A stretch of 64,000 nt of DNA from a virus, in IMG/VR virus record IMGVR_UViG_3300033148_007258, positions 3,997 through 67,996 of that record, one strand, 5' to 3'. The position numbers and the translations under genes are program-made. The notes beneath the pieces were generated by a model. That model worked only from the letters and a program-made list of their open reading frames with translations. It was not told the DNA's origin and searched no databases. Within the stretch, counting starts at the first letter, position 1. Each line of letters opens with the position of its first letter. Shown in pieces: positions 46,188-55,243 of this stretch.

Positions 46188-46362
46188 GTGGGGGTAATTA
46201 ATCTGATGGGCTTGCAACAGATAAAGGGCGAACCAAAACATGGAGGGAACTGCCTATGGGCTGATAAGGCAACTGTTGGTTTCATGGCAAGAGTATACGT
46301 TGGACTGAAAATCAGTAAATGAACAATCTGCCGCCCCCTGGGCGGTTCCGCGGGGCGGCATA

Positions 46363-46418
46363 CTGGCGGAGCTGGTGTTCCTACAGGGACGTCGGGGTTC
46401 GATTCCCTGACCGCCAGC
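46363..46418 (+). ncRNA. Minimal tRNA-like RNA (acceptor stem plus T-arm, one short hairpin)
   Basis: CTGGCGG/CCGCCAG 7-bp stem; GGTTCGATTCC T-loop. Confidence 0.5.
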
Positions 46419-46470
46419 TAAGGCAATATTTAAATCACCACTATATTAATTAATAACGAGGAGCATTGAC

Positions 46471-46677
46471 GTGGACACCAAAACTGGAAATGTTTTAAAA
46501 TTTTCTAACAAGGAAAAACTCATCAAAGCACAAAAAAGACGGATAGCATTAGGCGAGCCCTTATTGGAAGAATTGAAATGTATGCCTGATCCTAATTGCC
46601 GATATTGCTACGGCAGAGGGTATACCGGTAAAGACACAATTACGGATTTATATGTTCCTTGTAAATGTGTTAAATAA
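46471..46677 (+). CDS. Small protein with CxxCxGxG motif
   Basis: CRYCYGRG...CKC. Confidence 0.6.
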   Translation: MDTKTGNVLKFSNKEKLIKAQKRRIALGEPLLEELKCMPDPNCRYCYGRGYTGKDTITDLYVPCKCVK

Positions 46678-46685
46678 TAACGGTT

Positions 46686-46925
46686 GAGCGAGTGGCGAAA
46701 TTGGCAGACGCTATATCAATCCAGTAAATCTTGGTAAGGTCTACGAATTTTAGTGAAAAAAGGTTTGTTTGTGTACCTCTGAGTAGCTGATAACTGTGGA
46801 TTGTGCAAGTATGGGGAGATGAAAATTAGAAGGAAAAGGGCAACTCCTATGCGGGTAGAAAATTAGACTAAATCACAAACCTACCCAAAGAAAGCCTACT
46901 GCGGGTTCGAGTCCCGCCTCGCTCT
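46686..46925 (+). ncRNA. tRNA(Leu)-like RNA with ~190-nt insert in place of anticodon/variable arms
   Basis: GAGCGAG/CTCGCTC acceptor stem, TGGCGAAATTGGCAGACGC D-arm, GCGGG-TTCGAGT-CCCGC T-arm. Confidence 0.7.
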
Positions 46926-47019
46926 CTAATCGGGGTTACTTATAGTAATCCTCCTCGTACCGGGCGCCGGGTTTACAAGTGGCTCGGCGTTCGGGTTAAT
47001 TTTAGGCGGGAGACGCGAA

Positions 47020-47280
47020 ATGGGAATGTATGATTGTGTAAATTTTGAAATGAGGTGTCCTGAATGCAATATGTTGATTAACGATTTTCAAACAAAGGAT
47101 ACTTCTGGCGATAGAGTTTTGCAGTTAAATTCAGTTGATATAAGGGAGGTGTTCAATTTTTATACTTTTTGTGATAATTGTAAAACGTGGATTGAGTTTA
47201 ACAGAAAACCACAAAATATAACCATTGATGATTTTGAAATGACAATCGACACGAGTAAGAAGGTGGATAAACATGGCTAA
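47020..47280 (+). CDS. Small zinc-binding phage protein
   Basis: MGMYD, CPEC, FQTK, CDNC. Confidence 0.6.
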   Translation: MGMYDCVNFEMRCPECNMLINDFQTKDTSGDRVLQLNSVDIREVFNFYTFCDNCKTWIEFNRKPQNITIDDFEMTIDTSKKVDKHG

Positions 47281-47429
47281 AGTCTACATTTATCGCTGCC
47301 CGCGGTGCGGTAAAGAGTATCCGTTAAGAGCGCGCGGGATTATCTTTGTCTCCTGCCGGTGCGGCGTGGAGATGCAGTTCGTGAGAACAGAGACCGAAGC
47401 CAAGAGTAAAAAGCCAGAGGAAAAAGCAA

Positions 47430-47615
47430 ATGTCGAATAACCAACGCATCACCCGCGAGCAAGCCGCTCACCGTCTTGGTGTGTCGGTGAAGCATGTTGA
47501 CCGGCTTATAGCGGGCGGGTGGATTAAGGCAATTAATGTTTCTACGAGCGGGCGCAGATGTGTCCGCATTTCTACATCCAGCATCGACCAGTATGAACAA
47601 AAGGCGGCGATATGA
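47430..47615 (+). CDS. Excisionase-like HTH protein
   Basis: T..QAA.RLGVS...V.RLI..G.I.A...R..RI; upstream of integrase. Confidence 0.75.
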   Translation: MSNNQRITREQAAHRLGVSVKHVDRLIAGGWIKAINVSTSGRRCVRISTSSIDQYEQKAAI

Positions 47616-47896
47616 CAACCAGCGAAGAATATTTCACCGATTCCCCGATACATCCAGGGGAATATCTGCGAGACTTTATTAAGGAAATAAAAATCACGTC
47701 AAAACAATTGGCTCAACAACTGGAAATAGATGAGCAAACCTTAAGGGCGATACTGGATGGTAAGTCGCCTATTACTTCGCCAATAGCTGAACGTTTGGGG
47801 GATATATCGGAAATTCCTGCATGGTTTTGGAATAGGTTGCAAATCCATTATGATACAAACCGCGAATATAATTTATGGCGGCGGCGACATGAATAG
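47612..47896 (+). CDS. HigA-like antitoxin (orphan)
   Basis: PIHPGEYL...LA..L...I..GK..IT...A.RL...FW..LQ..YD. Confidence 0.8.
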   Translation: MTTSEEYFTDSPIHPGEYLRDFIKEIKITSKQLAQQLEIDEQTLRAILDGKSPITSPIAERLGDISEIPAWFWNRLQIHYDTNREYNLWRRRHE

Positions 47897-49016
47897 TATC
47901 GCTTTACAAAACGGTTCAATATACCTGAAGAGCCGCCAGGGGCAACAAGAGCCGTACTGGTATTATCGGCGGCGAATTGGAAAAAAGTATGTGCTACGGG
48001 CACTGAAAACACACGACCCTGAGGAGGCTAAGCGTCGCGCAGGACGATACTGGGACTGGATGACAAACGCCGAATTGATTTCCAATAAAAATATTCGAGC
48101 ACCGCAGAAAAAGCTGCGGACATTTAAGGACGTTTACGGTCAGTATATTGCCGAAGTACGTGACGGGGCATTTGATAATCGACGCACCACCGTTTTGTCG
48201 AAAGAATGCATCTATCGGGTTTTGTTCAAGCACACAGAAATCGGCAACATGCTGATTGACCAGATTACCGTTGCCGACATCGGTCTTGCTCTTAATACAA
48301 TCAAGCGCGAACGAGGCATGTCGGGCGCACGTAGAAACCGATATCGTTCTGAGCTTCGGCGATTCTTCAACTATGCCATTACTCTCGGTGTTGTTGAACA
48401 CAATCCCGTAATTAAAACAACGCACCTCCCGGAAAACAAGCAGCGTAAAAATTTCCACCTGTTTACGCCGGAAGAAATCCGCAAGCTATTTGAGGCGGCG
48501 AGGCAATATCCGAAAGGCGACACAAAGCTCCCCCTGCTGGCACTGGCATATTATACCGGAATGCGTATCAGTGAAATCCTGAGTCTGCAACTGGACAGTA
48601 TTAATCTTGAAACAGGGGAAATGGCTTATTATTCGTCTAAAACACGCAAGGAAATGTATGTGTTTATAGCCGATAAGCTACGGGATATATTGCGGGAGTA
48701 CATAGCTACTTTACCAGAAGATTCGGTTTGGCTGTTTCCGGCAGACCGCAGCGCGGGACATCTTGTCTATGCGCGGTCGCAATGGCGACGCCTTATCAAA
48801 GATGCGGGGATCAAACATATACCGGACAGGGCTTGGCATACGTTCCGGCACGGGTTCATAACGCGGATGCTGGAAATGGGCGTTCCTCCCTCCGTGATTG
48901 CACAGTTTACGGGACAAACGGTTGCAATCATCGAGAGGGTTTATAACTGGATCGGGGAAAACAAAGACCTCTTGCGGGGGGTAATGAAAAAATATGAGGA
49001 ATCAGATAACACATAA
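47889..49016 (+). CDS. int: Tyrosine integrase
   Basis: TGMRISE, K, HTFRH and terminal Y catalytic motifs; adjacent attP. Confidence 0.9.
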   Translation: MNSIALQNGSIYLKSRQGQQEPYWYYRRRIGKKYVLRALKTHDPEEAKRRAGRYWDWMTNAELISNKNIRAPQKKLRTFKDVYGQYIAEVRDGAFDNRRTTVLSKECIYRVLFKHTEIGNMLIDQITVADIGLALNTIKRERGMSGARRNRYRSELRRFFNYAITLGVVEHNPVIKTTHLPENKQRKNFHLFTPEEIRKLFEAARQYPKGDTKLPLLALAYYTGMRISEILSLQLDSINLETGEMAYYSSKTRKEMYVFIADKLRDILREYIATLPEDSVWLFPADRSAGHLVYARSQWRRLIKDAGIKHIPDRAWHTFRHGFITRMLEMGVPPSVIAQFTGQTVAIIERVYNWIGENKDLLRGVMKKYEESDNT

Positions 49017-49023
49017 ATCATGT

Positions 49024-49384
49024 GGACTGGAACGGACTGGAACGGACTGGAGCGGACTGGAAGATACCACTGTTTTTGTTTGTACTGTAGTTTGTACTCA
49101 CTCCGCCGAAACGAGGGATAAGGCGGGAAACAGTTCGTGCTTAATCCGTGCTTGTACGCCAGGAAGGACTCGAACCTTCAACCTACGGCTTAGAAGTCCT
49201 TTGTTGTATTACCCGCAACTGAACACTCCCGAACAAGCTAAATCGTTACACACATTGAAGTTACACGGTATTGCACCACCGGATTTTGGGCGCATTCGGC
49301 GAAAAGGCAATGTTCTTTTCCAGTCCGTTCCAGTCCATATCAAGCACGCACAAAAAATAAAGTTTGTACCCGTGTTTGTACTCA
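49024..49384. mobile_element. attP region with arm-type repeats
   Basis: GGACTGGA(AC) x4 at 49024-49062 and inverted x2 at 49318-49336; paired GTTTGTAC at 49078-49100 and 49362-49384. Confidence 0.75.
49154..49196 (-). other. attP core: 3' half of tRNA-Arg(UCU)
   Basis: CT-TCT-AA GCCGT AGGTT GAAGG-TTCGAGT-CCTTC CTGGCGT A; 5' half absent. Confidence 0.85.
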
Positions 49385-49423
49385 TCACGGAAAACAATAT
49401 AATGAATTTGCGGGAAAGATGCA

Positions 49424-50032
49424 ATGGAGAAAAGTGTAATGGCTAATGTTAGAGTGTATTTGGGCGGGACGGGCAACAAGAGCGCGTGGCGGGCACGGTT
49501 GATTAATATGCTGAACGCGGATGTGATTGATTATTTCAACCCGCTCGTTAATGAGTGGAACATAATGACGGCTGTCAAAGAAGAAGCATCGCAGAAGGCG
49601 ATTTGTGACTATCTGCTCTGTGTTATCACCCCGAAACAGATTGATGTATACGCCATAGCTGAGGCGGTGAATAATAGTCATGCGTGTCCCGATAGGACGT
49701 TATTTTGTTACCTGAGACATGATGACGGCGAAATGTATGGGGACAATCAAGAGTGCTGGTTGTTTATGACGGCGTCGCTAATCGGGTTTAATGGCGGGCA
49801 CTGTTTTGAATCGCTGGAAGAGGTGGCAGATTTCCTTAACCGGCGAGCTCAAAAACGCAGAAATCACTGGATACTGCGGGCTGAGGACAGCGATTTAACG
49901 GACGGGAGTTTATTAATCCGGCGGATACTTCTGCGGCTTGGCTTATCCAACAATGAACTTGTCGAGAATTTTTATAAACTTGATAAAATCGATATGGATG
50001 TTCTGGAACGATTATACGAGGAAATGAAATGA
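49424..50032 (+). CDS. Nucleoside 2-deoxyribosyltransferase-like protein
   Basis: VYLGGT...WR..LI...YFNP.V..W; IAE motif. Confidence 0.7.
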   Translation: MEKSVMANVRVYLGGTGNKSAWRARLINMLNADVIDYFNPLVNEWNIMTAVKEEASQKAICDYLLCVITPKQIDVYAIAEAVNNSHACPDRTLFCYLRHDDGEMYGDNQECWLFMTASLIGFNGGHCFESLEEVADFLNRRAQKRRNHWILRAEDSDLTDGSLLIRRILLRLGLSNNELVENFYKLDKIDMDVLERLYEEMK

Positions 50033-50355
50033 CATTAAAGGATGTTTATACATTAGAGGATGCTATGGAGTATATCGGCAACTCCAAGTCATGGAAAAAA
50101 GCGTGGGCAGTAAGCAGGCGTAAGTGGGAACTGATTCAATGTGGCACAAGAAGTTATCAAAGATGTTATTATTGTGGATTCTGCCTTGTTCTACAAAATC
50201 AGAACGGTTTTTTATCATGCGAGGGTGTTTGCCCAGTTGAAGTATATTGTGGTGGTTTGCAATATAAACGAGATAATGCCACTAAGGTTATACAATATCT
50301 TGATGCTAATAAAGAGCGCATTTTCGCAATGGATAAAAAGAAGGAAAAACTATGA
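50029..50355 (+). CDS. Cys-rich paralogue family A, copy 1
   Basis: SW.KAW, CGFC, CP, YLDANK.RI. Confidence 0.65.
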   Translation: MTLKDVYTLEDAMEYIGNSKSWKKAWAVSRRKWELIQCGTRSYQRCYYCGFCLVLQNQNGFLSCEGVCPVEVYCGGLQYKRDNATKVIQYLDANKERIFAMDKKKEKL

Positions 50356-51083
50356 GCACTAAAATCGAGTGGGCGCAAAACCCAGACGGCACACGGGGCG
50401 AGACTTGGAACTTGTGGCATGGATGCGGAAAAATCAGTCCGGGCTGTAAATACTGCTATGCGGAACGGTTCGCAAAGCGGCTTGGAACGTGTGATAAATA
50501 TGATGGTACGATTAAGTATTTCTTTGAGCGCATAGATCAACCACTACATTGGAAAAAGCCAAGAATGATATTCGTCAACAGTATGAGCGATTTATTTCAT
50601 GAGAACGTATCTTTTGAAGCAACCGCAACTATTATATCTACAATGAGCGCAACCCCTCAACATATTTATCAGATTTTAACAAAGAGACCAGAACTGGCAT
50701 TGCGATATACTTTTCCGTCAAACGTTTGGCTCGGCGTGTCGGTGGAATCCCCTGAATATCTGCATCGGATCGAGACACTGCTGAAAATTCCGGCGGCGGT
50801 GCGGTTTGTGAGTTTTGAACCGTTACTTGAAGATGTTGGAAATTTAGATAAATATTTACTTGACAATTACGGGAATAGAGAGTTGCTCTCGTGGATAATT
50901 TGCGGTTGTGAATCGGGTCCAAGGCGGCGACCGTGCAAGCTGGAGTGGGTACGGAATATCGTTGAGCAGTGCCAGAATGCAGGCGTGCCCGTATTCGTAA
51001 AGCAGCTTAACCTTGACGGCAAAGTGGAACATGATATTGAGAAGTTCCCGCCGGATTTTCGGATTCGGGAATTTCCGAAATAG
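50352..51083 (+). CDS. Gp37/Gp68 (DUF5131) family protein
   Basis: TKIEW, GC.KISPGCKYCYA, FVNSMSDLFH, LTKRP, SFEPLL, GCESG. Confidence 0.9.
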   Translation: MSTKIEWAQNPDGTRGETWNLWHGCGKISPGCKYCYAERFAKRLGTCDKYDGTIKYFFERIDQPLHWKKPRMIFVNSMSDLFHENVSFEATATIISTMSATPQHIYQILTKRPELALRYTFPSNVWLGVSVESPEYLHRIETLLKIPAAVRFVSFEPLLEDVGNLDKYLLDNYGNRELLSWIICGCESGPRRRPCKLEWVRNIVEQCQNAGVPVFVKQLNLDGKVEHDIEKFPPDFRIREFPK

Positions 51084-51093
51084 GGGTCTTAAT

Positions 51094-51261
51094 ATGGTAT
51101 ATCTAATGATTGGATTTATCGTTTTCGGCGCGTATTTGGGAATATGGTCTGCCGTGATGTTCGCCCTTTGGTGGTACAACCGCAAGCATAGCTGGATTTT
51201 GCAGGTGCGGCATTGTATCGATGACCAATTTCGATATTTCGAGGAGATGCAATCAAAATAA
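51094..51261 (+). CDS. Small membrane protein
   Basis: Single TM. Confidence 0.45.
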   Translation: MVYLMIGFIVFGAYLGIWSAVMFALWWYNRKHSWILQVRHCIDDQFRYFEEMQSK

Positions 51262-51275
51262 GGAGCAGAAATCCG

Positions 51276-51563
51276 ATGCAGAAACTTACTAAAGACGAGT
51301 ACAGAAAAAACTGTAAGCGCATACCGATACTTATTAACCCACAAACCATCGTACTACTAAGGACGTTTGATAAGATTTACTGTCACGAAATATCAGATTT
51401 GTATGATGATTTTTTCGACTCGGAATATGTAGCTGAACACCCTGACGAAATTGCTCAAGAGGCTGCTGAAGAATTTGTAAATCAATTAAACGATTTGTGG
51501 ACGCCCAGATTCATGCAGTGTCTTAGAAGTGAGATTGACAAAAGGTTGAAAGAGGCGGAATAG
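51276..51563 (+). CDS. Hypothetical protein
   Basis: AAGGAG RBS. Confidence 0.55.
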   Translation: MQKLTKDEYRKNCKRIPILINPQTIVLLRTFDKIYCHEISDLYDDFFDSEYVAEHPDEIAQEAAEEFVNQLNDLWTPRFMQCLRSEIDKRLKEAE

Positions 51564-51575
51564 GGGGGAAATCCG

Positions 51576-52016
51576 ATGTGTCTTTATAAGTGCGGAAAAA
51601 TAATCACACTGAAAAAAGATTTGAAGGTGTGGGCAAAACGATTAACCAACCTTGATGAGACAGACGAGTTTTCATTAATTTTTGACGATGGTAAAATGAA
51701 TTATACAACAAAAAGGCTATGGCATAAAGAAGAAAATGAAAGCGATGTTGATGAAAGTGAAACAGGTCAGCAATATCAAGCACATTGGCACTTCTTTTTA
51801 AAAAAGAAAGATGCCAAGAGGTTTGTGAAACATCACGTTCTTGAATTTGAGGTTTTGGTAAAAGAGTTCAATTACATAATCCCCGCTGGCACGACCGTGC
51901 AATACGGCGATTATCGGTTTTTCAATCCAACGCGGTTCGCCCCTGCGGTTGTCAGTGGGACGTTCATTAATCCACGAGTAAGGGAAGAAGGGCAGAAACC
52001 CGATGTGTCTTTATAA
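51576..52016 (+). CDS. Paralogue family B, copy 1
   Basis: LKKDLKVW, WHFF, YIIPAGT.VQYG, FINPRV. Confidence 0.65.
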   Translation: MCLYKCGKIITLKKDLKVWAKRLTNLDETDEFSLIFDDGKMNYTTKRLWHKEENESDVDESETGQQYQAHWHFFLKKKDAKRFVKHHVLEFEVLVKEFNYIIPAGTTVQYGDYRFFNPTRFAPAVVSGTFINPRVREEGQKPDVSL

Positions 52017-52485
52017 GTGCGGGAAAACAGTAACGCTGAAAAAGGATTTGAAGGTGTGGGCGGCGCGGATATTTAGATATGGACATGAGGATGATGAAAT
52101 TTCTCCATTTCACAGGCGTCTTATTAACCCAGATAATTATAACACAAAAAGATATTGGAGTAAGGCGGACGAAAAGTCTTTTATTGAGAAAAGCGAATGC
52201 GGAAAGTCCTATAAAGCGGATTGGCATTTCTTTAGGCGTAAAAAGGCAGCAGAAGTGTTCAAGTGCTATGTAATGAATTATTTGACAAGAGGCTCTCGCC
52301 GTGTAGATAAAACTATCTTTGAAGGTGTAACTGTATATGACTATATCATTCCCGCAGATACAAGAGTGCAATACGGTTATCAGGAAGCGATATTATACAT
52401 GAATCAAGTAATCGCTTTACCAGTAGTGGTAAGCTCGATATTCATTAATCCACGAGTTAAGGAAAAGGAGGTACAGGAGAAATGA
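52003..52485 (+). CDS. Paralogue family B, copy 2
   Basis: Same motifs; tandem with copy 1. Confidence 0.65.
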   Translation: MCLYKCGKTVTLKKDLKVWAARIFRYGHEDDEISPFHRRLINPDNYNTKRYWSKADEKSFIEKSECGKSYKADWHFFRRKKAAEVFKCYVMNYLTRGSRRVDKTIFEGVTVYDYIIPADTRVQYGYQEAILYMNQVIALPVVVSSIFINPRVKEKEVQEK

Positions 52486-52724
52486 TAATTGAGGCTTATG
52501 CGTGTGATAATTGCAAGAAAAGAATACAAAAAGCAAAAGACGTGAATGACGATAGTTGGATTAGAGTTGCTCCAGTTATGATGTGTTTTCCTGTACGCAT
52601 TGAGGTTAGGCGGGGCAGCTCCCAAGTTGTTAATGAATTTAAGATGCCTGTTCATTTTTGCAATTGCAAATGTTTTGTAGAATATATCACGAAAGAACAT
52701 AAGTATACAAGACCAAAGGAGTAA
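52482..52724 (+). CDS. Small zinc-finger protein
   Basis: CDNC...HFCNCKC; similar to 56140. Confidence 0.6.
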   Translation: MIIEAYACDNCKKRIQKAKDVNDDSWIRVAPVMMCFPVRIEVRRGSSQVVNEFKMPVHFCNCKCFVEYITKEHKYTRPKE

Positions 52725-52728
52725 TAAC

Positions 52729-53010
52729 ATGGGAAAAATAACATTTGTTCCCCCTGGACTCACCTATCAGGAATGGCTGATTTATTGCTGGCAGTATCAC
52801 AAGCGTTGCGGTTGGATGCTTGGCGATTTTTGGAGTCGTCAAATGGAGGCTATGGCTTATGCGGATGACGAAAACCTTGAACTGCTTGCGCGGGCGTTTC
52901 CCGAAGAGGTGGGCGGTTTAAGGCGGTTCCGGTCTGAAAGCGGCTGGTGGGATGAAGTTGAACGCAAGGGGGATGAGTTTATGAAAAGACAGGAGGCGCA
53001 ATATGTCTGA
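52729..53010 (+). CDS. Hypothetical protein
   Basis: ADDENL..L..AFP motif; RBS. Confidence 0.6.
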   Translation: MGKITFVPPGLTYQEWLIYCWQYHKRCGWMLGDFWSRQMEAMAYADDENLELLARAFPEEVGGLRRFRSESGWWDEVERKGDEFMKRQEAQYV

Positions 53011-53908
53011 ATCGAAAAACGATAACATGAAATTATGGAAAGCTGTTGAAAAAACGGATGAGGCGTTTACGCGAAAGGTTTCTTATATAAGCAAGCGTGG
53101 TGGTAAGCGGGAGTTTACAGCGATTAATGCAATATATGAAATTAAACGCGCAACAGAACAGTGGGGGGCGCTTGGTCAAAAGTGGCGTTTTGAACATCAA
53201 ATTGTTCACTTCAACGACACTGAACTGGTTTTGTTGGTAAGGTTGTGGGCGCCGGGCGCAGAGTACCCAGTTGAGCAGTATGGCTGTGCAGATTGTGGTG
53301 AATCTGGTAGACACGCTAAGAACGAAAGCCATAAAAAGGCACTGACTGATGGCATGACGAAATGTCTTTCTTTGCTCGGTTTTTCGGCAGATATTTTCAC
53401 CGGATCGTGGGATGACAACAAATATATTGAACCCGAAAAATCGGCAAGGTCAACTAAATCTACACCGAAACCTGCAAGCACAAAGGGTGCGGTGGGCAAT
53501 GAGGAAACCCGCAAGTGCCCGAAATGCGGCGGCACAATGAAGGTTCATACCTTTGCGAATAGCGGAAAAACGGTATGGTCGTGTCGCGGGAAGAAGGAAG
53601 ACGGCAACTGGTGTAACTATAAGATTGATTATGGAAAAGGCGAGGATGCGGGAACCTCTGGGACGCTGCCGTTGGACAAGGGCGAGCTGGAGGATGTATA
53701 TGTGGAAATCAAAAGGATTCGTGGATTGCTTGGCTGGTCAAAGGCGGATTTACAGGCAAAGGCTGACGAATGGGGCGGCGACCTAACAACGCTTGTCGGC
53801 GCAAAGCTGGTGCTTGATAAACTTGAACGTGAAGGTATGGTGCAGCGCATCCAGCAAGCCAATCAGAAAAAAGAAGAGGTTCCGGCGGAAGATGGATTTC
53901 CGTTTTAA
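53003..53908 (+). CDS. Rad52/Sak-like single-strand annealing protein with zinc ribbon
   Basis: ATE.WG..G..W, KKA.TDG..K.LS.LGF.ADI; CPKCGG; acidic DGFPF tail. Confidence 0.75.
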   Translation: MSESKNDNMKLWKAVEKTDEAFTRKVSYISKRGGKREFTAINAIYEIKRATEQWGALGQKWRFEHQIVHFNDTELVLLVRLWAPGAEYPVEQYGCADCGESGRHAKNESHKKALTDGMTKCLSLLGFSADIFTGSWDDNKYIEPEKSARSTKSTPKPASTKGAVGNEETRKCPKCGGTMKVHTFANSGKTVWSCRGKKEDGNWCNYKIDYGKGEDAGTSGTLPLDKGELEDVYVEIKRIRGLLGWSKADLQAKADEWGGDLTTLVGAKLVLDKLEREGMVQRIQQANQKKEEVPAEDGFPF

Positions 53909-53914
53909 AGAGGT

Positions 53915-54109
53915 GTGATAATGGCTAAACAACCAGATAAGAGCGTAAGGCTCGAATGCTCCTGTATCGACTGGCGGGAGAACAATCCGATATTCGTTAA
54001 TATGTTTATGTACATGATGATTCACGGACAGGGCGGATACAAGGGAAAACTATACAATTATTGCCCCTGGTGCGGCAAGGAGTTAGAGAAGATCGAGGTT
54101 AATAAATAA
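53915..54109 (+). CDS. Small zinc-binding protein
   Basis: NYCPWCGKEL. Confidence 0.6.
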   Translation: MIMAKQPDKSVRLECSCIDWRENNPIFVNMFMYMMIHGQGGYKGKLYNYCPWCGKELEKIEVNK

Positions 54110-54172
54110 TTTTTTTGTGCCGTCCGCCGTCGCGTAAAAACGGCGGAAAATTTACGAGGTAAATTAGGCGGA

Positions 54173-55243
54173 ATGGAAACGAATGTGATACATACCGGTC
54201 ATGTGCTGGATGTTCTGCGGGAAAAGATACCCGATGAAAGCATAGATTGCTGCGTAACTTCTCCGCCTTACTACGGACTCCGCGCCTACGGCACTGAACC
54301 GCAGATTTGGGACGGCAATGCGGATTGTGAGCACGAGTGGGGGGAAGACATACCTGAATTTCACAAGGGGCAAGTTGAACAAATAAAGTGGAAAAATGCT
54401 AAGGGCGCTGGTTTCGGTCAGACAGCGAAAATGGGTAATTTCTGCATTCACTGCGGCGCGTGGTGCGGGGAACTTGGTTTAGAGCCGCATCCGTCTGATT
54501 TTATTCGCCACCTTGTACAGATATTCCGGGAAATCAAACGAGCGCTGAAGAAAAGCGGGTCGCTCTGGATTGTGCTTGGAGATACGTACTGGGGTTCAGG
54601 TGCGGGCACACAATATGAACCGAAAGGCGATTGTAAAGAATCTTATATCATGCCTTATATTTCCAAAAAATCGCAACAAAGAGTGAAAAAATCAAATTGG
54701 CTACAGCCGAAGCAGTCACTTCTCATTCCGCACCGTGTGGCTATTGCGATGCAAGAGGACGGCTGGTGTCTCCGCAACACCGTGATTTGGCACAAACCGA
54801 ATGCAATGCCCGCGTCCATCAAAGACCGTCTGAATAATGTCCACGAGTATATGTTTCATTTCGTCAAGAGCCGCCGCTATTACTATGATTTGGATTCAAT
54901 TCGTGTAGAATCTCAACATATTAGTGGCGGTAAATTTGGCGCGTTGGCTTTACGTCAAAACGAAAAAATTGAGCAACGAGAACATCCACTTGGAAAAAAT
55001 CCCGGTGATTTGTGGAGTATTAACACTCAGCCGTGCCCGGAAGCGCATTACGCCGTGTTTCCCGAAGAACTGGTTGTAAAGCCGATTAAGGCAAGCTGTC
55101 CGCTTAGAGGCGTGGTATTGGACCCGTTTTGCGGCATCGGGACTACACTCAAAGTGGCGCATAAACTCGGCAGAAAATATATCGGTGTGGATTTAAACAC
55201 AGCCATAGCCGAGCGGATCATGTCGCAGGAGATACCGTTTTGA
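54173..55243 (+). CDS. Amino-DNA methyltransferase (beta class, probably N4-cytosine)
   Basis: TSPPY precedes DPFCGIGTT. Confidence 0.85.
   Translation: METNVIHTGHVLDVLREKIPDESIDCCVTSPPYYGLRAYGTEPQIWDGNADCEHEWGEDIPEFHKGQVEQIKWKNAKGAGFGQTAKMGNFCIHCGAWCGELGLEPHPSDFIRHLVQIFREIKRALKKSGSLWIVLGDTYWGSGAGTQYEPKGDCKESYIMPYISKKSQQRVKKSNWLQPKQSLLIPHRVAIAMQEDGWCLRNTVIWHKPNAMPASIKDRLNNVHEYMFHFVKSRRYYYDLDSIRVESQHISGGKFGALALRQNEKIEQREHPLGKNPGDLWSINTQPCPEAHYAVFPEELVVKPIKASCPLRGVVLDPFCGIGTTLKVAHKLGRKYIGVDLNTAIAERIMSQEIPF

Noticed and set aside
46280-46320. tRNA-Phe-like fragment (GGACTGAAAATC)
   Set aside because: No T-arm or acceptor stem; too short to support.
46712-46900. Group I intron or tmRNA
   Set aside because: I could not identify the group I P7 core or a reconstitutable anticodon loop, and there is no G3-U70 pair or evident tag ORF. 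Kept only as an unexplained tRNA-like RNA.
49024-49062. Possible mini-CRISPR or coding repeat
   Set aside because: 10-bp tandem units without spacers; position next to the integrase and tRNA core fits att arm sites.
48994-49446. 150-aa ORF downstream of integrase
   Set aside because: Spans attP and translates the tRNA fragment and repeats; probably spurious.
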